Below, piece after piece: positions 55,140 to 64,000 of a stretch of DNA of 64,000 nucleotides. This DNA comes from Octopus vulgaris (Eukaryota). The notes beneath the pieces were generated by a model that saw nothing but the letters and a program-made list of their open reading frames with translations, was not told the DNA's origin and made no database searches. The stretch is taken from NCBI GenBank assembly GCA_951406725.2, contig OX597824.1, positions 46,624,001 to 46,688,000 of the forward strand. Direction: 5' to 3'. Position numbers and translations under genes: made by a program. Within the stretch, counting starts at the first letter, position 1, and each line of letters starts with the position of its first letter.

Positions 55140-55740
55140 GATAACCAAACCGAAAAGAAAAATTGCATCGAGTTGTGCGAAGGTGATTGCGTAAGTCGCT
55201 ATGTTAAGCACCTATCTTCTTTCCGGCACATAGATAAAAGTAAAACCACTAAATTGGCTAGTCACGTATAGGGTTTTAAGACCAACTCCACACCACATAC
55301 AATCAAGTGGAAAATCATAGAAAAATATATGCCATATGTTAATGTATAAAAAAATGCAAGTTCTGTGTCGCTGAAAGATCACGTTTGTTTTTAGATCTAA
55401 GAATTACAGATGAGAAATCTTCAATAAATGTAACTATATGGACAAATTGCTTTTGGCGAATTGGAGAACATCACCCTCCCCGGATTGGATAACTGTATCA
55501 CGGACTTCAGACCCCTTCCGTCGACTTTACACCTTCTAACATTGCAACTATACGGTCAAGGGAAGCATAACACTAATTCTTCTTTTTGTGTTATTTTCAT
55601 TCTACTTTTTCTTTATTTCGTATTCTCTCCTGCTTTTTCTTGTTCCGTTGTCTTGATTTGTAATATATATAGGCCATGCGCCCAGAGCCTAAAGATTACT
55701 TGGAGACAGTTGGCGTGTCTTAAAACCTGCCTAAATAATA
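55140..55740 (+). mobile_element. Penelope-like element 3' remnant (GIY-YIG domain and UTR)
   Basis: KNCIELCEGDCVSRYVKHLSSFRHIDKSKTTKLASHV...IKWKIIEK...KCKFCVAE...EIFNKC. Confidence 0.8.
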
Positions 55741-55744
55741 TCTT

Positions 55745-56785
55745 CAAATTATGAAACTATTAGTAGCTCATAATTATATACTGTGTATATTAAACAATAT
55801 TTATTTTTCACAAGATGGAGTACTTTTTTGTTGATCATATCTGAACGGAAAAGTATGCTACATCTCCTGGTAATATTCTTTATTTTCCTTTGTGGAAGAA
55901 ATGCAAATGGTTTTTTTTTTATTCCCACTCTAGAGCAGCTAACATTTAATTGCTCGTGTGAGAAGCATGACTCTTCCAAATGAAGTTCTACCACAGACAG
56001 TGTTTGACCTTGGGATTTATTGAGAGACATTGCGAAACTGATACGAATAGGAAATTGCACTCTTCTGAATAAAAAAGGAATTTCTACTCCCAATGGAATG
56101 AAAGGAATTCTGGGTATGAAAACGTCCCCCTCCTTTTCCACATCCACAGAGAATGGTGGCCTCAATAACATATGGCATCATCTTCTTTACCATCAGGTGT
56201 ATCCCACTGCAGAGTGTTGGTGGATCCAAATTCTTCAATAACAACACAGGAGTTCCCACTTTAAGTTCCAATCTATGAGGTGGTAGTCCTGGAGGCTCCA
56301 ATAAATTGAAAAATTCTATTGGATAATTTGCTACCTCTTCTGGATCTTGGATTGTATCTACTGACTTATAGATATGAGGGCTTCCAGGAAGGTACTGCAG
56401 CAGCTGCTCATTAATTTTACTTACAGTACTACTTTTTGGAGCCAGTATTGCTCTTTCACACAGCCAATTGAGATCGTGGTAATGTTTTTGACCAATGAAT
56501 GTTAGGGAGACAATCAATTTCTGAAAGTTACTTCGGAAAGAGTTACGTCCCTTGACGTAACTCAGGAAAGGGTGGGTGTTTTTCTGCTCCCAGAGGGTCC
56601 GTTACTCATGTGAAAATTTTTTAAGTGTCTAAAACCATCTCTGGACCGTAAATAATATATGTTCTTAGTTTGGAGAAAATCAGTTGTGAACTTCAGAAGT
56701 TATGCAGGTTTACATACACACACACACACACTCAATTTCACAGTTATATATATATATACAGAGAGAGAGAGAAAGAAAGAGAGAT
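55745..56785 (-). mobile_element. Helitron remnant with PIF1-family helicase C-terminal fragment
   Basis: WLCERAILAP, YPIEFFN...PGLPPHRLELKVG, PRIP, FRRVQFPIRISFAMSLNKSQGQTL, VSCSRV; frameshifted; Helitron-like 5' region at 56600-56785. Confidence 0.9.
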
Positions 56786-57286
56786 GTCTAGTATATATAT
56801 AGTACAATACTATAAGATATTTTAATAATGTATTAATATATTTAGATATATTAAATACAATATAATATAGGTGGCCGTAGCAATTAAAACCCAAAAGGTA
56901 AAATTAATAAATGGGGGTGCAAAATAGCACATGCAATTGCTAGAAATGAGAGTTATAATTTTACTCGAACACCTACACAAAAGCATTAACCTCATGAAAT
57001 ATTCGGGACTGCGAGCAGCAAGCCACAACATCTTTCTTTGGTGAGATAAACTCACAGAATGAAATAGTTTGATAAAATCTTTTCAAGTGATTTCGAAATT
57101 TGATGAATATGATCTTGCTTCTCGTCAGAGGTTTCCACAATTACTCTGGGCTTAAGAGAAAGCCTGCCTCCCATTAGTTTATGAGAAAAGCAGGACGCCC
57201 CAGTGCAATTGCCGCGTTACGAAGCCCCTGCTTTTTGATGACCACAACCAGTCGCCCCAAGGCCGTGTCCATCCGCCCGTGAAGGC

Positions 57287-57334
<48 letters not shown>

Positions 57335-57337
<3 letters not shown>

Positions 57338-58180
57338 CAAAATAAAAACATGATGCAAAGGATTTAGCGGTACATATGTTTCGGGCCTTTGTTAGATGGT
57401 TTTATAACAATGCATAATTGATGTAAATGTGTGTCTATAGCCTCCTTCAGCCGCGTACAATTACTACTTCAAGGACATGTATTACATTATAAGTTTTACG
57501 TTGGGGATGCAAATCCTCATAGTCGCGTACGACAGAGTGGGGCACCAACACAAAATCGAAGCGTCCATCCCGTTTTTCACTCGATGTAGAATGAGGAAGT
57601 TTGGATGTTGAAATAGAGAGGGAAGGGGTTGGGGGGTTGAATCTTCAGTGAGTTAGGGATCACAAAGAGGGAGGGTAATTGGTGCAAAAGGTAGTAAAAG
57701 AATAAAAAATTACAAAAGAATACAAATTTTAAAAAATATATAAAAGATATAAGAATATAAAAAAATATATATAAAAACATATAAAAAAATATATAAAAAA
57801 ATATATAAGAATATAAAAAAGTATCTAAGTATATAAATATAAAAATACATAAATACACACAGACGTGAAAAAAACATGGTAATATAAATAAATAGAGATA
57901 AAGATAAAGAAGGGAAAACTAAGGACGAAAAAAAATAAGGATAAGAAAATTTTTAAAAATATATAAGGGGATGGAAGGAATATAAGGGGATGAAGAAATG
58001 TAAAGGGGTGAAGAACTAACAGGGTGGTCAGAAGATAGCGTAAGGTACACAAAGATGACATATTCCGGTTGTTGAAGCCTACGGGCGTAATGGCGGGTGT
58101 CATAAATTAACTTAAATGTCTGGTTTGTGGCTAAACAGTTTATCTACTTCCTCGTAAATTGTCTTTGTTACTAATGGTCA
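57335..58180 (-). mobile_element. Putative Penelope 3'/pLTR fragment ending in a hammerhead motif
   Basis: Hammerhead motif at 57367-57454, long T-rich UTR, weak GIY-YIG tail (FNNRNMSSLC). Confidence 0.55.
57367..57454 (-). ncRNA. Type I hammerhead ribozyme-like motif
   Basis: gcgg-CTGAAGG-aggc...gccc-GAA-ACATATGT-A-ccgc; palindromic stem III; A9 replaced by G. Confidence 0.65.
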
Positions 58181-58433
58181 ACATGTACATACGTACACGC
58201 ATGCATACATATACACATATACACATACATATACACACATAAACACATCCACACGTATATATACATACGTACTCTCGTGTAAAAATACCGATAGGGATAC
58301 GCATACACATACGTCCCGCTACGTACAGATACCTAAGCCTGCACAAGCTAAATACATAAAAGCAAATACACTAACCCACCTCTGCATGCGCACTCGTATA
58401 CATACAAATACATACTCACACGTACATATATAA

Positions 58434-58503
<70 letters not shown>

Positions 58504-58519
58504 TTGGAAAGAAAGGTCT

Positions 58520-59100
58520 CTCATTTTAGACCTCTTCACAATAAAGCATTTTTCATCTAAATAATGTTGCAATCATCTGAAAAGATAATAGTCAGATGTA
58601 ACCAGGTTAATAGAATAAAGGGACAAAACAATGAGGCAAAACTTCCATACTTAGTACCATAATCTTTTCTTGATCTTGTATTATCGCGTAAGAGTAACGT
58701 ACCTTTAAGATTTCTCGATAGTGGGCGCTATTTCTGCTCATTTTATGCCATGCTTCCAATTGATGATAATACTTCTCCGCGTTAACTGTTTCATTTTGGT
58801 TTAACACTTCCTTAAAGACAACACCCTTTATATACCACCAAACACAAAGCATAAATTTTTTCGTGTGCTAGATTGGGAATGGTTTTCACTTTCTGTGATT
58901 ATAGGTGACCCATTCTTCATCACTTGTAATTATTCTATCAAGGAAAGGTTCGGCAGAAAGTCTACTTTTCATTGACGAACAGAGGACAACTCTTTGGCTA
59001 ATCCGAGGAGCAGTCACATGATGAGGGACACACTGATCAAGTCTAAACCTTTTTTCCCCTAGATCATGAAAGTTTTATGCTCCTTATGTAATTTGAATTG
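58520..59100 (-). mobile_element. Mariner transposase remnant
   Basis: FLDRIITSDEEWV, MLCVWW, ETVNAEKY, EVLPH, SDYYLF. Confidence 0.85.
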
Positions 59101-59126
59101 AACTGTTTTATTCTTTTATTCTTTTA

Positions 59127-59520
59127 CTAGCAGTATCGCCCGGCGTTGCTCGGGTTTGTAAGGGAAATAATTATATAAGCATTTTTAGAGATGTAAAGTA
59201 TAATAGCCATCTCAATATGGCTAACCACAAAGGGGGAGGGTGTTACTGTAGCTTTTTACGTTCTGAGATTTAATAATAAATTTTAGAGAGTTACTTCCCT
59301 TATATATGTCAAAAATGGATTAAAAATGGGAAAAATTGATGGTAAATGTTTTTTTAAATCGTAGACTCATCGTAGATGTGCGCTAATACCCAGACGGTCT
59401 CGATATGAATCACGACTATAAGATACCCGGTTTTGGTTAAACTGCACCGCAAAATGTGGGAGTAGTTAGGAATCTAAATCGTAGGAGACAGACACACAAC
59501 CTCACTTTTATATATAAAGA
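59127..59520 (-). mobile_element. Complete non-autonomous Helitron (394 bp)
   Basis: 5' TC, 3' CTAG, subterminal hairpin cccgagcaacgccggg, inserted between A and T. Confidence 0.92.
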
Positions 59521-59583
59521 TTTCCTCTATTTACATAATATTGAGGTCTCTTTCTTTCTTTTGTTATCTTACTGTTTTTACCA

Positions 59584-59652
<69 letters not shown>

Positions 59653-59726
59653 TATATATATAGTTACAGAGATGTACTTGCATAGCAAGTGACTTGATCT
59701 GAGATCGTGTGCTGGAACGAAAACAG

Positions 59727-59985
59727 GTGCAGCGTTGAAGGTGTTTATAAGCCATTTAAGAAACACACAAAAACCGTTAGATTCACTTCAACATTTAAAT
59801 TTAATTTGTCAAAATATTTTCGTCGCTTTGAGACCGCGACCTGTTAGCACGATATTTTTGTCAGTGAACAGGTTGCGGTCTCAAAGCGAGGAAAATATTT
59901 TGGCAAATTAAATTTAAATGTTGAAGTGAATCTAACGGTTTTTGTGTATTTCTTAAATGGCTTACAAACACCTTCCACGCTGCAA
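59727..59985. repeat. Inverted pair of pLTR-like fragments (~118-bp arms)
   Basis: 59727-59845 is the reverse complement of 59867-59985 with few mismatches. Confidence 0.9.
59857..59907 (+). ncRNA. Minimal hammerhead-like motif with G3:C8 core
   Basis: tttgtca-GTGAACA-g-gt(t/c)gc-ggtctcaaa-gcga(g/c)-GAA-AATATT-T-tg(g/a)caaa; the partner arm supplies the pairing bases. Confidence 0.5.
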
Positions 59986-60049
59986 TATATATATACACAC
60001 ATATATATATATGTATGTATGTATGTATGTGTGTATATGTGTATGCATG

Positions 60050-60290
60050 TATGTGTGTGTGTGTGCGTGTCTGTGCTTGTGATTGTCCTCCACCACTGCT
60101 TGACAACGAATGTTGGTTTGTTTACATCCCTGTCACCTAGTGGTTTGACAAAGGAAACAGATAGAATAAGTACAATGCTTACAAAAATAAAACTGGAGTT
60201 GATTCATTAAACTACAATTCTTCAAGGCATTGCCCCAGCATGGCCACAGACCAATGGCTGGAAAAAGCAGAAGAATAAAAGAATACATTC
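60050..60290 (+). mobile_element. 3' half of CORE-like SINE
   Basis: Aligns with 8690-8905. Confidence 0.8.
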
Positions 60291-60350
60291 TCTGCTTTGG
60301 TCTTATGTTCAAGGCATGAGAAAGCTTGAGTTTACATGAGAAGGCCTAAC

Positions 60351-60625
60351 AGACCTGGTAGAAACAGCAGCCAAATCTCCCTCAAATCACACCTTACTGT
60401 CTTATGTATGTATATATATATGAGCCAATGAGGGGGACCTCTACATGGTAGCTAGACCTGGTAGAAATAGCAGCCAAATTTCCCCCAAATCACACCTTAC
60501 TGTCTTATCTATGTATATATGTATGTATGAGCCTATGAGGGAGACCCCTACATGGCAGCTAGACATGGTAGAAATAGCAGCCAAATCTCCCTCAAATCAC
60601 ACCTTACTGTCTTATGTATGTATAT
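60351..60625 (+). repeat. ~105-bp tandem repeat (about 2.6 units) derived from a SINE-like fragment
   Basis: Units start at 60351, 60454 and 60561. Confidence 0.9.
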
Positions 60626-60638
60626 ATATATATATATA

Positions 60639-61546
60639 TACAAGCCACTACGGTTATTTAATGTAAAGTCTTCCTCAAAAACAACTATCACTTTTTTATT
60701 TATGAATATATTAATCTGATTTTTGGAAGATAATTTAGTGAAATGTTCTCAACCAATTCTATACTATAATTTTTGTCACAAAGTGACTCTAATTACAGGT
60801 AGATACAGGTAAATTCAACAATATATGAAATTATTAAAATTTTGTTCAAACATCGCTATAGAAAATGGGTTATTAGCTAATATTCAATTGGGTATACAAC
60901 AAAATTTTACGATAGAATTTGTTATTCTGGGTAACTTTCTGATACCCATAATAATATTTATGGCAAAATAGGCCTTAATTTAATTTAAGGTTGTGGGAAA
61001 TAACAAACTATCCTTTCTTTCGCTTTGTTTACGTTTAGCGTAATGATTTCAAATAGGCTCATTCGAAAAAGTAAAAAGAAATAGTTTAAGGCTTTATACT
61101 CTTCTGGGAAAGTCTGTGGCTTGGTGCAGTTTCTTCAGAAAAATCACCGAAAGAAACAGTTTTTAAATTTTCACTCCATTCAGGTACCAATTCGTTTTCT
61201 TTATCGCTGTCGGATTCACTGTTTTCACTTTAATAGCTGCAAACTTGCAAAGACAAAGGAGGAGAAGGGTGATAGCGTCAGTGAAACAGTCGCTCCCTTT
61301 ATGTGTGTGTGCGTTTGCGTGTGGTGTATCCCACATTAAGAAAAACATTTGACAAATACACCAGAATGTGAGTTTTCTCTAAATTTTGCTTAATTGGGGT
61401 TGAAATTTTAAAAACCGGACCTGGCATGACCCGATGCATTCTACTCTTAAAAATGCTAGGTAAATTGTAATTGAAGAAATCCTATATTGTAGATTTCTAT
61501 AAATTACAAAGGGAGGCAGATAAAATCTGCCTTTTATAATAAGAGA
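60639..61546 (-). mobile_element. Non-autonomous Helitron-like element
   Basis: 5' end A|TCTCTTATTATAAAAG like that of 59127-59520; 3' CTAG degenerate, so left boundary is uncertain. Confidence 0.55.
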
Positions 61547-61547
61547 T

Positions 61548-61885
61548 GCACCACCTTGAAGGATTTTAGTCGAACAAATTAACTCAAGGACATATTTTTT
61601 AAGCCTAGTACTTAGTCTATTATCCTCTTTTGCCGAACCGCTAAGTTACGGGGACGTAAATACACAAACACTGGTCATCAAGCGGTGATGGGGGACAAAC
61701 ACAGACACAAAGACACACACATGTAAATACGATGGGCTTCTTTCAGTTTCCGTCTACCAAATCCATCTACGAGGCTTTGGTCGGCTCGAGGCTATAGTAG
61801 AAGACATTTAGCCAAGTTGCCATGCTGTAGGACTGAACCCGGAATCATGTGGTTGGGAAGCAAGCTTCTTACTACATAGCCGTAC
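61548..61885 (-). mobile_element. CORE-like tRNA-derived SINE
   Basis: Aligns with 52578-52950. Confidence 0.88.
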
Positions 61886-62298
61886 CGTTGACTTTGGATT
61901 TTCCTCAACTTTGGTTTTCAGAAGACCAATATTGACAAAACTTAGTCGTCTAGAGTGATAGGACTTAGCGAGAGAAACATTTCTCGTACGAAACTGGCCA
62001 GACTATCATTGGCATGTCAAAACAAAGTTTCATTTCCACAGAACGGATATGTCTTGCCAATTCCGTAGTTGAAGAGTCATTTTTGAATTCATACTACATG
62101 GAGTGTCTGACATGGATCTAATCTAAACTCATTCTAAAAAGGTAAAATTGATATGAATTTGACCATCTTGATATAGTGTAATTTTTAAAGAAAGAGAAAA
62201 AAATGCATCAGAATGTAGAAATTTATCTTTATTTTACCGGAAGTACCCTAAAAGTGGTCGTGTCAAAAATACAACAGTATTTTCTTCTTACGAACATA

Positions 62299-62365
<67 letters not shown>

Positions 62366-63039
62366 TGCGTGTGTGTGCGTGCGTGTGCGTGTGTGTATAT
62401 GGGTAGGAGTGTATTTGTATGTATGGAAGAGAGCGGGAAATGAGAGATATAGGGTGAAAGTACGCGTGGGTCTGTGCGCGTGTCCAAGAACACTCGCAGG
62501 AATATGAAAATGTAAAACCAATGTGTGTGTGTGAGTTGTTGTTTGCATTACACACCTTCGACATTTTTCTATTCAAGAGTTTTACTAATGCGCTACTATT
62601 TATACCTGCCACTGTTATAAAGAAAAACGATTTATTTCATATTTTTCAGTTTCTAAATTCTCGCTGATAACAAAAAATATCCTCTAAAATGGAAGGAAAA
62701 TATTCGAAGTATTTTTTTTTTGGTGTAATTGTTTGATTACCCATCATGTTTACAGAGGATGTGGGTCCGTGTCTCACGAACAGTGTTCGAGATTTTCCAT
62801 TCATGGGCCTTTTTTCTTCAATCCTTTTGCAGCTTTCTCTACTTTGAATTCGTTAAATAGAAACCGTTTATATAGATAGAGGGGTTAGACAGGATGATGG
62901 GATCACCACTTTTTATTTAACTATCTTTCTATTGGTAATATGACTAATTCAAAGACTTCTAGCTTGTACATTTGACTTCATATGCATTTTGTATACCTTA
63001 CACTTCATGATATAACTATCTGGGGTTGTTTTTCTTCTC

Positions 63040-63310
63040 AGATACCTATCTGATTTTCGAAGAAAACAAAGTGGAGGAGCACTGATAGCTGGAGTGTCAA
63101 ACATTAAAACTACTGAACTGTTGAATGTTTCGAGAGATACACTCTTTAAAATCATGTAGGCTTTCCAAAACGAAGATAAAGCTAGTTCTGGCAAGCATAA
63201 TTTTGTGGGAACGGCAAAGCTCAATGATAGAGATCACAGAATAGCGAATGGTACTAAATTTGCATCTAATATAGGATACAATTTTCAAAAATGTTATCAG
63301 TGACCAGCAT
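63040..63310 (+). mobile_element. Tc1 transposase N-terminal (HTH) remnant
   Basis: YLSDFRRKQSGGALIAGVSNIKTTELLNVSRDTLFKIM*...AKLNDRDHR. Confidence 0.8.
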
Positions 63311-63320
63311 ATTAACGTGA

Positions 63321-63756
63321 AAATTATAAACAAAGGGCAAAAGAAAAAATTTCTATTCCAAATATGCAGAAAATAGACTTAAAATCGTCAATAACCACAT
63401 ATAATTCATCACTGTCTCCAACTATGAGAATTTTCAGTCTGATCGCACGTGTCTCGAGGTGTATTACAAAATTTCTATTTGGATATATTTGGGGTACTTA
63501 AGTGTACACATGACTTTGCGTCGGCTTGTTCCATAGGTGCAAGTAAGCATTTCATTTATTTCTTAACGTATTTACCGCTGAAGACGAGAAAATTCTTTAT
63601 GAATCAACTCGGTAATAACGGAATTATTTAGAAATTTCTGTCAGCTTGCTTCGAGACATGTGCTTATAGTGACGAATTAAATGTGGTTATTGACGATTTT
63701 AAGTCTATTCTCGGCATATTTGGAACAGAATTTTTTCTTTTGTCCTTATTTATGAG

Positions 63757-63758
<2 letters not shown>
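63321..63758. mobile_element. MITE with ~90-bp imperfect TIRs
   Basis: 63325-63415 is the reverse complement of 63667-63755. Confidence 0.8.
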
Positions 63759-63805
<47 letters not shown>

Positions 63806-64000
63806 AGGATAAAATTTTATTTTAAAAACTTTATAAAATCTTTTCAGACACCAAGAATTGACTTCATTTTTTCTCATTATTATTTGCAATTGCATCAGCA
63901 AATGTAGATATAAAGATATTCGGTAGATACAAAAGTCTGCCTCATTTGTTCCCGCTCACGAAAAGAATTCCCATATGTGTTCCGATTTGACTATAACAGA

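Noticed and set aside
55749-56517. Host PIF1 gene
   Set aside because: Intronless, frameshifted, C-terminal only and next to Helitron-like terminal sequence.

Overview
AT-rich, microsatellite-saturated animal DNA made almost entirely of transposable-element remains. The repeat content (tRNA-derived SINEs, dense AAT/ATAC/AC/AG tracts) suggests an octopus or other cephalopod intron or intergenic region; this is an inference, not a database result. I found no convincing intact host gene, and nearly all listed ORFs are microsatellite artefacts or TE fragments. Recognisable content: three decayed L1/Tx1-like LINEs, R4/Dong-like LINEs with a restriction-like endonuclease tied to (AAT)n tracts, RTE fragments, Penelope-like (GIY-YIG) fragments, a young non-autonomous Gypsy-type LTR element (tRNA-Trp PBS, 4-bp TSD), Helitrons (one with a PIF1 helicase remnant), mariner/Tc1/pogo fragments, a Merlin-like foldback MITE and about 25 SINE copies. 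Most interesting signals: (1) minimal hammerhead-ribozyme-like motifs whose 3:8 core pair covaries (C:G, U:A and an apparent G:C); (2) a 555-bp non-coding element with a structured 5' end that sits in (AAT)n tracts; (3) SINEs sharing a 3' tail with the Tx1-like LINEs, whose (ATT)n tails repeatedly abut R4/Dong elements; (4) an old 29-bp minisatellite with 87-bp higher-order structure. All alignments and folds were done by eye.
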